Positions 30,238 to 41,171 of a stretch of 64,000 nucleotides of DNA are shown piece after piece. The DNA is taken from NCBI GenBank assembly GCA_963783375.1, contig CAWANH010000029.1, forward strand, positions 224,001 through 288,000. The letters are read 5' to 3'. The notes beneath the pieces were generated by a model, which was not told where the DNA came from, searched no databases, and saw nothing but the letters and a program-made list of their open reading frames with translations. The DNA comes from Candidatus Eiseniibacteriota bacterium (GTDB lineage Bacteria; Eisenbacteria; RBG-16-71-46; JABDJR01). The position numbers and the translations under genes are program-made. How positions within the stretch are numbered: position 1 is the first letter of the stretch; every line of letters starts with the position of its first letter.

Positions 30238-30334
30238 CCCGACCCGCCCGGCCGGGGGACCCCCGCCGTCCCGGTGGATTAACCCCCCCCCGTCCCCTAT
30301 ACTCACCGGCGAGCCGCAAGGCTCATGCGGATGC

Positions 30335-30718
30335 AGACTTCCAGATGGTCGCGGCGTCCGCGAGGGCGTCGAGGAAAGTCCGAGCTCCACAGGGCAGAGT
30401 GCTGGGTAACCCCCAGGGGGAGCGATCCCACGGAAAGTGCCACAGAAAACAAACCGCCCCCGGAACCTGGTTCGGGGGGTAAGGGTGAAACGGTGAGGTA
30501 AGAGCTCACCAGCGTCGGGGGCGACCCCGGCGGCTCGGTAAACCCCACTCGGAGCAAGACCAAATAGGAGGGGATGAGGCGGCCCGCCTCGTTAGCACCC
30601 TCGGGTAGGTCGCACGAGGAGCGCGGAGACGCGCTCCCCAGATAAATGACCATCCGGCCAGGAGGTTCCCGCTTAGGCCGGAGCCTCGGGCCCGACAGAA
30701 CTCGGCTTATGGAAGTCT
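30335..30718 (+). ncRNA. rnpB: RNase P RNA (bacterial type A)
   Basis: GAGGAAAGTCCGAGCTCC, GGAAAGTGCCACAGAAA, GGTAAACCCC..GAGCAAG and ACAGAACTCGGCTTA. P1 pairs AGACTTCCA with TGGAAGTCT. A TATACT -10 lies at 30298. Confidence 0.97.
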
Positions 30719-30806
30719 CATCCGCGCTTTTTTCGTCGACAACGACCATGACCACGACATCCCCACCGGCGTCGCCCACTTCGCACCGGGAGGGAGGGGC
30801 CCGGTC

Positions 30807-33674
30807 CTGACCCGCATCGCTCCGCGTCCGATTCTCGCGCTCCTGGCCGTCGGCGCCTTCCTCGCCGCCGCCGTCCCGGACGCCCGCGCCCAGACCGGAG
30901 TCTTCGGGAAGAACAAGATCCAGTACACCGACTTCCGGTGGCAGGTGCTCCAGAGCGAGCACTTCCAGGTCTACTACTACCCGGAAGAGGACACCCTGGC
31001 CCGGACCGCCCTGGGGATCGCCGAGGACGCCTACGACCGGACCTCGGCCCGGTTCCGCCACGAAGTGGGACATCGCATCCCGCTCATCATCTACTCCAGC
31101 CACCAGGACTTCGAGCAGACCAACGTCTCCCCGTACTTCCTTCCCGAGGGCGTGGCCGGTTTCACCGAGTTCCTCAAGGGGCGTGTGGCCCTTCCCTTCA
31201 ACGGTTCGTATCACGACTTCAACCACGTCATCCGCCACGAACTGGTGCACGTGTTCCAGATGTCGCGTATGGCCGAGAGCTACCGGACCCACTACCGGAA
31301 CCTTTTCGTGGGGCCGCCCCTCTGGTTCACGGAGGGCATGGCCGAGGTCTGGTCGGGCCCGTGGGACTCGACCGGCGATCTCTTCCTCGGGGACCTGGTG
31401 GTGAACGACATGGTTCCCCCCATCTCCGCGCTCTGGCGGTACTCGGGCACCTTCGTCATCTACAAGATCGGGGAGGACCTGGTGCGGTTCCTGGAGCGGG
31501 AGTACGGCCCCGACGTGGTTCCCGCGATCTACGACGAACTGTGGCGCTCGCGGAGTTTCGAGGAGGCGTTGGAGCGGGTGACCGGGATCCCGCTGGATGA
31601 GCTGAGCGAGCGCTGGCACTACGATCTCGCCCGGCGCTACTTCCCCAAGGTGGAGACGGAGAAGCCCCTGGGCCTGGCCGCCGAGCCCCTGGCGGTGGCC
31701 GGCCCGAGTTTTCAGGCCGCGGTCCCGCCTCCGGGGAGTCCCCTGGAACCCGACCGGTACTTCTTCCTCTCGCCGCGAAACGGGTACATGAGCATCTACC
31801 GCGGATCGACCCGGGGGCGGGAGAAGGACGTGGACGAGGTGATCCAGGGCCAGCGGAAACCGGAGTTCGAGTCCTTCCACGGATTCGAGAGCCGGATCTC
31901 CGTCAGCCGGGAGGGGATCCTGGCCTTCGTGAGCAAGTACCACGAGCGGGACGGGCTCTTTCTCTACGACCTCGAGCGGAAGAAGCTGGTTGGGAAGTGG
32001 CAGTTCGATGGGTTGATCTCCCTCCGCTCTCCAACCTTCCGGCCGGACGGGAAGGCGGTGGCCCTGGCCGGACTTTCCCAGACCGGGCGACAGGATCTCT
32101 ACCTGTTCGAGTTCGGAACCGGAACCCTTCGCCCGCTGACCGCCGACCGCTACTTCGAGGACGACCCGGCCTGGTCTCCGGACGGAAAGACCCTGGCCTT
32201 CGTTTCCGACCGGGTGCCCTGGGGGGAGACCGGCGCCCGGAACATCTTCCTCCTCGACCTGGCCGACGGCTCGCTCCGCCCGCTCACCTGGGGACCCTGG
32301 AAGGACAGCGCGCCGGCCTGGTCCGTCGACGGGGAGCGTCTGGCCTATTCCTCCGACCGGGCTGGCACCCCCCAGATCTTCGTGGCCGACTCCACCCGAC
32401 GCTCGGTCCGGGTAACCTCGGTCCTGGGCGGGGCCATGAGCCCGGTATGGACCCGGGGCGACCGCCGGCTCCTGTTCACCGGGATGGGGAAGCAGCGATT
32501 CGGGATCTTCAGCGTTCCGGTCGGGGCCGAGGGGGACACGCTGCCGCCCCCGCGGCTCCCCGGGCCGTCCGCCCTGGTCATGGCCGGTCCCCCCGACAGC
32601 CTGGTGTCCGCCCCCCCCAGACTCTGGCCCGCGTGGCGCTGGAGCGTGGGGACCGACAGCCTGTCCGTACGCCGGTTGCCCTACCACAGCCACTTCACCC
32701 TCGACCTCGCCCAGGGCGGAGTGGCGGTCGAGCCCTCCCAGGGGACCGGCGAAGGGGTTCAGGCGCTTCTCACCGACCAGCTCGGGAACAAGCTCATCTT
32801 CCTTCAGGTCGCCAACACCGCCGAACAGTTCAGCGATGTCCTGGGACGGTTCAACCTCGGGGTCACCTACGTGAACCTCCAGCGGCGTCTGAACTGGGGC
32901 TTCAACGCCTTCCATTTCGCCGGCGATTTCCTGGACGAGCTGGGCTATACCTATTTCGAGCGCCGGGTGGGGGGGACGGTGATCGCGTCCTATCCCTACT
33001 CCAAGTTCTTCCGGGTCGAGTCGAGCATGGGGCTTCTCTATTCGGACCGCGCCGCCGACAGCTTCCGTCCGGCCCGGAAAGCCGTCCTGGGGGTGAACTA
33101 CCTCTCGCTCATCCACGACAACTCGCTCTGGCTCCCCACCGGACCCATCGACGGGAGCCGCTACAACCTGACCCTGGGGATCAACACCAACCTGGAGAGG
33201 GCGGACGTGGAGAACGTGGTGCTGTTGGCCGACTATCGGCGCTACTTCCGCACCGGACTCCGCACCGCCTACGCGGTCCGGCTCCAGGGCCGCGTCTCCG
33301 AGGGTGCCCTGCCCCAGCGGTTCCTCCTGGGAGGATCCTGGTCGTTCCGGGGATATCCCCGGCGGGGCCTGGTGGGGACGCGCTCGTTGCTGGTCAACCA
33401 GGAGTGGCGCTTCCCGCTCCTCGAGGGCGCGGTGCTGGGCCTCCCCATGGGAAACCTGGGCCTTCCCCCGGTCGAGGGCGCGGTGTTCCTCGACGCCGGG
33501 CAGGCCCTGGAGGAGCATGAGCCCCTGGATACCGTCCGGGGGAGCTTCGGTCTCGGATTCCGCACCAACCTGGCCGGGCTCATCGTGCTCCGGCTCGACG
33601 TGGCCCGTCTCACCGATTTCAAACGGGTGGAACCGGGCACCCACTGGGACTTCTTCATCGGGTACGACTACTGA
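30807..33674 (+). CDS. Omp85/BamA-barrel protein with N-terminal HExxH metallopeptidase-like domain and TolB/PD40 propeller
   Basis: Signal peptide then FGKNKIQY, RHELVH..WFTEGMAE, PD40 repeats (PAWSPDG) and an Omp85 barrel (SFRGY, FLDAG, C-terminal FFIGYDY). The start is probably CTG at 30807; the first canonical start, at 30945, would lose the signal peptide. Confidence 0.85.
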   Translation: MTRIAPRPILALLAVGAFLAAAVPDARAQTGVFGKNKIQYTDFRWQVLQSEHFQVYYYPEEDTLARTALGIAEDAYDRTSARFRHEVGHRIPLIIYSSHQDFEQTNVSPYFLPEGVAGFTEFLKGRVALPFNGSYHDFNHVIRHELVHVFQMSRMAESYRTHYRNLFVGPPLWFTEGMAEVWSGPWDSTGDLFLGDLVVNDMVPPISALWRYSGTFVIYKIGEDLVRFLEREYGPDVVPAIYDELWRSRSFEEALERVTGIPLDELSERWHYDLARRYFPKVETEKPLGLAAEPLAVAGPSFQAAVPPPGSPLEPDRYFFLSPRNGYMSIYRGSTRGREKDVDEVIQGQRKPEFESFHGFESRISVSREGILAFVSKYHERDGLFLYDLERKKLVGKWQFDGLISLRSPTFRPDGKAVALAGLSQTGRQDLYLFEFGTGTLRPLTADRYFEDDPAWSPDGKTLAFVSDRVPWGETGARNIFLLDLADGSLRPLTWGPWKDSAPAWSVDGERLAYSSDRAGTPQIFVADSTRRSVRVTSVLGGAMSPVWTRGDRRLLFTGMGKQRFGIFSVPVGAEGDTLPPPRLPGPSALVMAGPPDSLVSAPPRLWPAWRWSVGTDSLSVRRLPYHSHFTLDLAQGGVAVEPSQGTGEGVQALLTDQLGNKLIFLQVANTAEQFSDVLGRFNLGVTYVNLQRRLNWGFNAFHFAGDFLDELGYTYFERRVGGTVIASYPYSKFFRVESSMGLLYSDRAADSFRPARKAVLGVNYLSLIHDNSLWLPTGPIDGSRYNLTLGINTNLERADVENVVLLADYRRYFRTGLRTAYAVRLQGRVSEGALPQRFLLGGSWSFRGYPRRGLVGTRSLLVNQEWRFPLLEGAVLGLPMGNLGLPPVEGAVFLDAGQALEEHEPLDTVRGSFGLGFRTNLAGLIVLRLDVARLTDFKRVEPGTHWDFFIGYDY

Positions 33675-33675
33675 G

Positions 33676-34746
33676 ATGAAACGTCATCCGCTTCGGTTTC
33701 TCATCGCGGCGCTGGTGCTGGCCGGATGCGCCGGGCCCGCCGCCCTGGACACCGGCGAGCCCCTGGTGGACGCCCATCGGCCCCGTCCGGCCGCGGTGTG
33801 GGAGAGGGACGTGGGGCGCCAGGTGGAATTCGCGCCGGTCCCCGCCGGGGACACCTGGCTCCTCGCGGTCACCGACAAGGCGCTCTGGCGGATGCGGGGG
33901 GAGGATGGGACAGTTCTCTGGCGGCGGAAGCTCCCCGCTTCGCCCACGTCGTCCCCGGTCCTCTGCGATTCGACGGTGGTGGTGGCCACCGACGTGCCCA
34001 GCGAGCACGTCCTGGGGATCGCTCTGGCCGACGGCGAGGTGCGCTGGAAACGCCCCTTCGGGCTGGGTCTTCCCGCGGGGGAGGACACCGTGCTGATCGT
34101 CGCCGCCCGCGGGGGCCAGGTCGCCCGCCTCGATCCGGCGAGCGGGGAGCCGGTATGGAGGGCACGGCGGCGGGGGGCGGGCTGGCGCGCGCCCGCGCTC
34201 CGCATCGCCGAGGGACTGGTCCTGGTGCCGGTGCGTCGGGATTCGGTGGCGGCGATCCGTCTGGCCGACGGCGGGCCGGCGTGGTCGGTCGCGGTCGGTC
34301 CGTGGCCCCGGATCTCGGCCGGGACCGGACCCGCGGTGGTCGCCACCGACGACAGCGTACTCACGGTGATCGACCCCGCCGACGGGTCGCTCGGGGCCCG
34401 GCGCGACCTGGGCTCGATGACCGCGGGAGCGCCGGTGGTGCGTGGGGATACGGTGGCGGTGGCGCTTCGAAACGGGACGGTGCTGCTCCTCCGCCTTCCG
34501 TCCCTGGAGACGATCTGGTCCCGCGAGCTGGAGCCTCCCCTGGTGGCCGCGCCGTGCTTCAAGGAGGGTACGGTGCTTCAGCCCGGCGCCCGGGGCATCG
34601 TCCACGGTTTCCGCGCCGCCGACGGGTCGCCGGCGGGCGCGTGGTACCACCCCGAACGGATCCTGGCCCCCCCCGGCCTCGAATCGGATCTGCTCCTCAT
34701 CTCGGGGGAACGCGGCATGGTGGCGGTGTATCGGAGGGGTTCATGA
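33676..34746 (+). CDS. PQQ-like beta-propeller lipoprotein (BamB-like)
   Basis: Lipobox LAGC and repeated DG...W motifs (DGTVLW, DGEVRW, SGEPVW, DGGPAW). Confidence 0.8.
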   Translation: MKRHPLRFLIAALVLAGCAGPAALDTGEPLVDAHRPRPAAVWERDVGRQVEFAPVPAGDTWLLAVTDKALWRMRGEDGTVLWRRKLPASPTSSPVLCDSTVVVATDVPSEHVLGIALADGEVRWKRPFGLGLPAGEDTVLIVAARGGQVARLDPASGEPVWRARRRGAGWRAPALRIAEGLVLVPVRRDSVAAIRLADGGPAWSVAVGPWPRISAGTGPAVVATDDSVLTVIDPADGSLGARRDLGSMTAGAPVVRGDTVAVALRNGTVLLLRLPSLETIWSRELEPPLVAAPCFKEGTVLQPGARGIVHGFRAADGSPAGAWYHPERILAPPGLESDLLLISGERGMVAVYRRGS

Positions 34747-35276
34747 GACACCGGGGGAGGATGCGCGGGATCCTGGCGCGGAGGGCGGGGCTCTGTCTGC
34801 TCGCCCACCTCCTGGGCCTGGCCGGGGGACCGGCCGGAGCCCTGGCCGCGGGTTCCCTGTCGCGTCCCGGCGCCGTCGCGCTCCCCGACCTGGCGGGAGC
34901 CCCGGCCGACTCCGCCGGCGCCTCCGGCATCCCTCCCATGGACGAATCCGGCCGCAGCACAACCGGCATCCTGATTTCCGGGATGGGGGTGGCGGCGGGG
35001 GTGGGTCTGGCCATCTGGCTCAAGAACGAGGCGGATATCCGTTACGATCGGTATCGGGACACCGCCGATCCGGTTCGGGCGCGCGATGCTTTCGACGCCG
35101 CCCAACGCTACGACCGGGCGACCTTGATCGGCTGGGGAGTGGCCGAGATTTCCTTCGTGGCGTTGTTCTACTACCTCACCCGCGAGGAAAAGCGCCCCCT
35201 GATTCCGGTCCGGGGCGAACCGGTGGTGCGGTCGGGCGAGGACGGCATTCAGGTCGGCTTGCGGGTGACGCCGTGA
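34743..35276 (+). CDS. Hypothetical exported/membrane protein
   Basis: ATGA overlap with the upstream gene; signal-like N-terminus, two hydrophobic helices flanking ADIRYDRY, and terminal strand GIQVGLRVTP. Confidence 0.65.
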   Translation: MRHRGRMRGILARRAGLCLLAHLLGLAGGPAGALAAGSLSRPGAVALPDLAGAPADSAGASGIPPMDESGRSTTGILISGMGVAAGVGLAIWLKNEADIRYDRYRDTADPVRARDAFDAAQRYDRATLIGWGVAEISFVALFYYLTREEKRPLIPVRGEPVVRSGEDGIQVGLRVTP

Positions 35277-36517
35277 ACCGCGCGGGCACCCGGTTCGCCC
35301 GTGGCTTCGCGGCGGCGGCGATCGCGGCGTTGACGGTGGCCGGTTGCTCCACCCGGGATCATGTGAACCCGCTCGATCCCGGGAACCCCTCGACCGGGGG
35401 CGAGCCCCGCTGGTTGAGCGCGGTGGCCGACCGCGGCGCGGTGGACCTGGAATGGAACGTCCCCGCCTACCGGGACCTCGAGACGGTCATGGTCCTGGAC
35501 CTCACCACCGGCGACACCCTGGCCGCGGGCGCGTCGGGAGCGGGGAGCGTCCGCCGGGCTCCGGTCCCCGACGGAGTGGAACGGCGGTTCCGCCTGGACC
35601 TGGCGCTTTCGGGGGGCCGCGTGCTCTCCCTCCCCGAGGAGATCGCCACCCCGGGCCCCGCGGTGGTCTGGGTCTACGACGTCGGCCCCGAAGCGGTGAT
35701 CCGCCTGGCTCCCGACGGCCGCGAGACCCGGTTCCGGATCGACGACCTCCTCGGGCTCACCGTGGCCGCGGACCCGGATTCCGGCTCGGTCCTGGCGGTG
35801 GACTTCTACGGCGGCCGGGTGAGGCTGTTCGATCGGGAGGGACGGCTCCGATGGTCGGACGAAACGTTTTCGCGGCCCATCTACGCCGTCCACGCCGCGG
35901 AGGGATGGTGGGTGGCCGACCCGGGCGACGGAGCGGTGACCCTTCTCGATCCCGACGGCGCGGTTCTCTATGCCGATTCGACCTTCTCCACCCCGGTGGA
36001 CCTGGCTCCCGCCGGGCCGGGGGCGGTCTGGGTGGCCGACCGCTCCGGGCGGGTCGGGCGGCTTCGGTGTGGGGAGGGGGTCGTCGACTCCACCACCGCG
36101 CTCTCCGCGCCCTACCTGGTGAGCGAGACCGCCGACGGGGGGGTGTGGGTGGCCGATCGCGAGAGCGAAGCCCTGGTCCGGCTCGACGCGTCCCTGGTCG
36201 AACGGGCGCGGGTGAAGGGTCTTCCCGGGCTCAACGATCTGGCTCCCGACCCGGTGGACGTGATCGCGGTGTGGGGAGCCGACCGTGGCGGCCGCCGGGT
36301 GGTCCGCTTCGGTGCCGACGGAAGGGTTGCGGCGAACCTCGTCGGGGTGATCAGCCCCAGCGCATTGGTCGTGTCCCCGGACGGTTCGGAGATATGGGTG
36401 ACCGATCCGTCGCGCGGGGAGTTGATCCGCCTCGCGCGGGACGGCTCGGTGATCGCCCGCTCCCGGGGCCTCGGCGCCCCCACCGCCCTGGCCGTCGCCT
36501 TCGACCCGGCTCCCTGA
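35273..36517 (+). CDS. Lipoprotein with FnIII-like strand region and NHL/Vgb-like beta-propeller
   Basis: Lipobox VAGC, NPLDP motif and repeated VWVAD blades. GTGA overlap with the upstream gene. Confidence 0.75.
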   Translation: MNRAGTRFARGFAAAAIAALTVAGCSTRDHVNPLDPGNPSTGGEPRWLSAVADRGAVDLEWNVPAYRDLETVMVLDLTTGDTLAAGASGAGSVRRAPVPDGVERRFRLDLALSGGRVLSLPEEIATPGPAVVWVYDVGPEAVIRLAPDGRETRFRIDDLLGLTVAADPDSGSVLAVDFYGGRVRLFDREGRLRWSDETFSRPIYAVHAAEGWWVADPGDGAVTLLDPDGAVLYADSTFSTPVDLAPAGPGAVWVADRSGRVGRLRCGEGVVDSTTALSAPYLVSETADGGVWVADRESEALVRLDASLVERARVKGLPGLNDLAPDPVDVIAVWGADRGGRRVVRFGADGRVAANLVGVISPSALVVSPDGSEIWVTDPSRGELIRLARDGSVIARSRGLGAPTALAVAFDPAP

Positions 36518-36643
36518 CCGGGGCTTGGGAAGCGGGAGCGCGGGCCCCCCGAGAATGGCCGAACCCCTTGTCCCCTGGTATGATAAATATGGACTTTTGT
36601 ATTTTGGACCGAAGGAGCCCCGTTCGAATCGAGAGGAGGACCG

Positions 36644-38344
36644 GTGTCGCGTCCCTGGAGCTGGCCGTCGGCGGAAACGGAAGGCGAGGCCTCGCGCCTC
36701 ACCGGCCGGTACGGCATGCCGCGCGCGGTGGCCCGGACCCTGGCCCGGCGGGGGATGGGGGCCGACGACAGCCTGGAGGAGTACCTGAACCCCCGGCTCC
36801 GCCGGCTCGGTGATCCGATGGTCCTCGACGATATGGACGTCGCGGTGGATCGGGCGTGGCGGGCGGTCGAAAACCGGGAGGTGATCTTCGTCCACGGGGA
36901 CTACGACGTTGACGGTATCTCGGGAACCGCGTTCCTGACCCGGATGCTCCGGGCCCTGGGGGCGGAGGTAGTGCCCTACGTTCCCAACCGGGGCGACGGC
37001 TACGGGCTGGGGGAGCCGGGGATCGCCGTCGCGGCCGAGGCGGGGGCCCGGCTGCTCATCACCGTGGACAACGGGGTGCGGGCGTTCGCCGAGGTGATCC
37101 TGGCCCGGAAGGCGGGGCTGGACGTGGTGATCCTCGATCATCACCAGCCCGCCGACACCCTGCCCGAGGCCCTGGCGGTGGTGAATCCCCGCCGCCCCGG
37201 GGGAGGGCACGGGTTCGAATCGTTGGCCGGGGTGGGGGTCGCGGCCAAGTTCATTCACGCCATGGCCGCGAGCCGGCCGGGGAGGCTCCCCGGGTCGGTC
37301 TACAAGGAAGCGCTCCAGCTCGTGGCGCTGGGCACGATCGCCGACTCGATGCCGCTCACCGGGGAGAACCGGATCCTGGTGCACCATGGGCTGAGGCAGC
37401 TCGAGGATTCCGAGTGGGCGGGGATCAAGGCGCTGAAGGCCACCGCCCGGCTCGACCGGGGCCGGGTGAGCGCCACCGACGTGGCCTTCTTCCTGGCCCC
37501 GCGGCTGAACGCGGCGGGCCGGATGGGGGAGGCGGCGGACGCCCTGGCCCTGCTCCTGGCCGACGACCCGGCCGAGGCCTACCGCCTGGCCGACGGCATG
37601 GAGCGGCTGAACCTGGAGCGCCGGAAGGTGGAGCAGGCGATGATGGCGGATGCGGTGGAACGCATCCGCGGTCGCGAGACGGTGCCGGCGGCGGTGGTGA
37701 TGTGGTCGGAGGAGTGGCCGGTAGGGGTGATCGGGATCGCGGCCAGCCGGATCCTCGATCGATACCACCGCCCCGCGCTCCTCATCGCCATGGACGGGGA
37801 ATTCGGGCGGGGATCCGCGCGCAGCCTCAAGACGTTTCCGCTCCCCGAGGCCCTGGCCGCCTGCGCCTCGGAGCTGGAGGAGTTCGGAGGCCATGCCGAG
37901 GCGGCGGGTTTCCGGATCCGGCGCGACCGTCTGGAGCCCTTTCGGGAACGGATGGAGGCCCTGGCCGAGGCGGCGGACATGGATCCCGCGCCGGATCCCT
38001 GGGAGGTGGACGCGGCGGTGGATCTGGCCGAGATGGACGCGGACTGCGTGGACTGGCTGGAGCGTCTCTCGCCCTTCGGGCGGGGGAACCCCGAACCCCT
38101 CTTCGGAGCCGAGGGCCTCACCGTGGCCGCCGCCCCCTCGGTGGTGGGAAAACGCCACCTTCGGCTCACCCTGGCCTCGGGATCCGGACAGAAGAGCCTA
38201 CGGGCCATCGCCTTCAATCAAGGGGAGCGGGTGAACGAGCTCTCCCGCGGTCGTCGCGTGGACGCGGTCTTCCACGCGTCGTTCGATACCTGGCGGGGCG
38301 GCCGCCAGGTGCAGCTGGTGGTACGAGACCTGAGAACACGCTGA
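36644..38344 (+). CDS. recJ: ssDNA-specific exonuclease RecJ
   Basis: HGDYDVDG, ITVDNG, LDHH, LGTIAD, PRLNAAGR, GSARS, FGGH and PFGRGNPEP. Confidence 0.96.
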   Translation: MSRPWSWPSAETEGEASRLTGRYGMPRAVARTLARRGMGADDSLEEYLNPRLRRLGDPMVLDDMDVAVDRAWRAVENREVIFVHGDYDVDGISGTAFLTRMLRALGAEVVPYVPNRGDGYGLGEPGIAVAAEAGARLLITVDNGVRAFAEVILARKAGLDVVILDHHQPADTLPEALAVVNPRRPGGGHGFESLAGVGVAAKFIHAMAASRPGRLPGSVYKEALQLVALGTIADSMPLTGENRILVHHGLRQLEDSEWAGIKALKATARLDRGRVSATDVAFFLAPRLNAAGRMGEAADALALLLADDPAEAYRLADGMERLNLERRKVEQAMMADAVERIRGRETVPAAVVMWSEEWPVGVIGIAASRILDRYHRPALLIAMDGEFGRGSARSLKTFPLPEALAACASELEEFGGHAEAAGFRIRRDRLEPFRERMEALAEAADMDPAPDPWEVDAAVDLAEMDADCVDWLERLSPFGRGNPEPLFGAEGLTVAAAPSVVGKRHLRLTLASGSGQKSLRAIAFNQGERVNELSRGRRVDAVFHASFDTWRGGRQVQLVVRDLRTR

Positions 38345-40527
38345 TGTCGGTCGAGCAAACGGCGGACCTGTTCCAGCCCCTGGTGGAGGACATCCACATC
38401 CGGGGGATCACCCTGGACGAGGACCTGGTCAGCCGGGCCTTCGGGTATTCCGCCGAGGCCCACAAGGATCAGAAGCGCCGGAGCGGGGAGCCCTACATGG
38501 CTCACCCGGTGGCGGTGGCGCGCATTCTGGTGGAGCTCCTGGACCGGCGCTCGGACGCGGTCATCATCGCCGCCGCTCTCCTCCACGACGTGGTGGAGGA
38601 CACCGGCATCACCATCGACGACATCCGGCGCGGGTTCGGCAAGGAGATCGCCCTCCTGGTGGACGGGGTCACCAAGATCGAGGGGCTCCAGTTCGAGAGC
38701 ACCGAGCGGGAGCAGGCCGAAACCTTCCGGAAGATGCTCCTCTCCATGGCCCAGGACGTCCGGGTCATCCTGATCAAGCTGGCCGACCGCCTCCACAACA
38801 TGCGGACCCTGGAGTACCTCTCCCCCGACCGCCAGCGCGCCATCTCCCTGGAGACCCGGGAGATCTACGGACCCCTGGCCCACCGCCTGGGCATCGGGTG
38901 GATCAAGTGGGAGCTCGAGGATCTGGCGCTGAAGCACCTGGATCACCCGGCCTACAAGGAACTCACCCAGCTCGTGGCCGACAAGCGCGGGGAGCGGGAG
39001 CGCATGGTGGAACGGGTGGTGGTCCCCATCCAGGAAGCGCTGGAGATGGAAGGGGTTCCGGTCGAGATCATGGGCCGGCCCAAGCACTTCGACAGCATCT
39101 ATCGGAAGATGAAGTCCCAGGACCGTCCCTTCGACGCCATCTACGATCTCATCGGAGTCCGCGTGGTCACCGCATCCAAGGCCGATTGTTACCGGGCCCT
39201 CGGGGTGGTGCACGACCTGTTCAAGCCGGTCCCGGATCGGTTCAAGGACTACATCGCCACCCCCAAGGCCAACCTGTACCAGTCGCTCCACACCACGGTG
39301 ATCGGGCCGGACGGCCGTTTCGTGGAGGTGCAGATCCGCACCGCGGAGATGCATCGGATCGCCGAGTTCGGAATCGCCGCCCACTACAGCTACAAGGAAG
39401 GGACCCGCCCGGAGCGCGAGCTGGACGACAAGCTCGGCGGCCTGGTGGGGGGAACGCTGGAGTGGGACGACGGGCGCGACCCCGAGGAGTACATGGAGTT
39501 CCTGAAGACCTCCCTCTACCAGGACGAGGTCTTCGTGTTCACCCCGCGGGGGGAGCTCCGCCATCTGCCCAAGGGGGCCACCGCCCTGGATTTCGCCTTC
39601 CTCATCCACACCGAGATCGGGATGAAGGCGGTGGGGGCGAAGGTGAACGGGCGGCTGGTTCCCCTCCGCTACGAGCTCAAGAACGGCGACACCCTGGAGA
39701 TCGTGACCCAGGCGTCGGCCCATCCCTCCGAAGACTGGCTCTCCAGCCTCCAGACCTCCCGCGCCCGCCAGAAGGTGCGCCACTGGCTGAAGGAGCAACG
39801 CCGCGAGGATTCGATCTCCCTGGGGCGGGAGATGCTCTCCCGGGAGCTCAAGCGGCACCGGAAGCCGATGGTCAGGGAGAAGGATCTGGTGAACCCCGCC
39901 CAGTCCCTGGGGCTCGATTCCGCGGAGCACCTGCTGGCCGCTCTCGGACAGGGGGACCTTTCGGTCACCCAGGTCGTGCAGAGGCTGCACCCCGAGCTCC
40001 TGGAGGAGAAGGAACGGGGAAAGACCCGGAAGTCGCCGTTCACCCGGCTCCGGGAGTTGTCGCGGAAGACCTCGGGGGGGATCCGGATCCAGGGGGTGGA
40101 CAATCTCATGGTGCGTCTGGCCAAGTGCTGCCAGCCGGTCCCCGGCGAGCGCATCGTGGGCGTGGTGACCCGGGGCCGCGGCCTGACCGTCCACCGCGTG
40201 GACTGTCCCAACTCCCTCGGGGGCCAGGTGGAGCCCGAACGCCGGGTCGATCTCTCCTGGGACGTGCAGGACGCCCGAGCCTTCATCGTGAAGCTGTTGA
40301 TCTTCGGCGACGACCGCCAGGGGATGCTGGCCGATCTGGCCAACGCCATCACCGCCACCGGCACCAACATCCGGAACGCCGGAGTGACCTCGGTGGACGG
40401 GGACGCGCGCGGTACCTTCCTGGTCGAGGTCAACAACCTCAACCATCTCACCAAGGTGCTCTCCGCCATCAAGCGGGTGCGCGGGGTGCGGGCGGTGGAG
40501 CGGAAACAGTTCCTGGGGGAGGAATAG
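38344..40527 (+). CDS. spoT: Bifunctional (p)ppGpp synthetase/hydrolase (long RSH)
   Basis: Intact HD hydrolase ([30 protein letters not shown]), synthetase EVQIRT, TGS, AKCC..HRVDC and ACT domains. Confidence 0.96.
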   Translation: MSVEQTADLFQPLVEDIHIRGITLDEDLVSRAFGYSAEAHKDQKRRSGEPYMAHPVAVARILVELLDRRSDAVIIAAALLHDVVEDTGITIDDIRRGFGKEIALLVDGVTKIEGLQFESTEREQAETFRKMLLSMAQDVRVILIKLADRLHNMRTLEYLSPDRQRAISLETREIYGPLAHRLGIGWIKWELEDLALKHLDHPAYKELTQLVADKRGERERMVERVVVPIQEALEMEGVPVEIMGRPKHFDSIYRKMKSQDRPFDAIYDLIGVRVVTASKADCYRALGVVHDLFKPVPDRFKDYIATPKANLYQSLHTTVIGPDGRFVEVQIRTAEMHRIAEFGIAAHYSYKEGTRPERELDDKLGGLVGGTLEWDDGRDPEEYMEFLKTSLYQDEVFVFTPRGELRHLPKGATALDFAFLIHTEIGMKAVGAKVNGRLVPLRYELKNGDTLEIVTQASAHPSEDWLSSLQTSRARQKVRHWLKEQRREDSISLGREMLSRELKRHRKPMVREKDLVNPAQSLGLDSAEHLLAALGQGDLSVTQVVQRLHPELLEEKERGKTRKSPFTRLRELSRKTSGGIRIQGVDNLMVRLAKCCQPVPGERIVGVVTRGRGLTVHRVDCPNSLGGQVEPERRVDLSWDVQDARAFIVKLLIFGDDRQGMLADLANAITATGTNIRNAGVTSVDGDARGTFLVEVNNLNHLTKVLSAIKRVRGVRAVERKQFLGEE

Positions 40528-40579
40528 TGGCCGGCGACGGGCGTGCCGGAACCCCGGCGGCGGCGGGGAGCGGCGGCCG

Positions 40580-41023
40580 GTGAGAGCGGTGGTCCAGCGG
40601 GTGCGGCGGGCCTCGGTGGCGGTGGACGGGGAGCCGACCCGCGTGATCGGTCCCGGGCTCCTGCTCCTGATCGGGGTGGCCCACGCGGACACCGAGGCCG
40701 AGGCGCGCTGGATGGCGGAGAAGTGCGCGAACCTCCGGATCTTTTCCGACGACGCCGGGAAGATGAACCGGAGCCTTCTGGAGGCCGGGGGCGAGGCGCT
40801 GGTGGTGAGCCAGTTCACCCTCTACGGCGACGCCCGAAAGGGCCGGAGACCGTCTTTCGTGCACGCCGCCCCCCCCGAACGGGCCGACCGGCTGTATCTC
40901 CGGATGGCGGAGTGCCTGCGCGAGGCGGGGGTGGCGCGGGTCGAGACCGGCACCTTCCAGGCCCACATGCTGGTTTCCCTGGAGAACGACGGTCCGGTGA
41001 CCATCCTCCTCGACACGCCGTAG
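40580..41023 (+). CDS. dtd: D-aminoacyl-tRNA deacylase
   Basis: MRAVVQRV, SQFTL and NDGPVT. Confidence 0.96.
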   Translation: MRAVVQRVRRASVAVDGEPTRVIGPGLLLLIGVAHADTEAEARWMAEKCANLRIFSDDAGKMNRSLLEAGGEALVVSQFTLYGDARKGRRPSFVHAAPPERADRLYLRMAECLREAGVARVETGTFQAHMLVSLENDGPVTILLDTP

Positions 41024-41171
41024 CCGGGGCCGGGGGGGATCCGCCGGGAGCGTCCGTTCATCTGGTAGGATCCGTTCGATGGACGAACGACGGGACGGCG
41101 AACCGCGGCTCGATGCGCTTCCACTCCCGCCGATCCCCAAGCGGGAGCACCCGCGGGATCCGGCGTGGGGC

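Noticed and set aside
30281-30297. C9 tract in the rnpB promoter spacer as a phase-variation switch
   Set aside because: rnpB is essential, homopolymers are common at this GC content, and their lengths are unreliable in this assembly.
29087-30718. Zinc-ribbon protein - RNase HI - rnpB cluster as a novel system
   Set aside because: This neighbourhood is a known conserved arrangement in several phyla.
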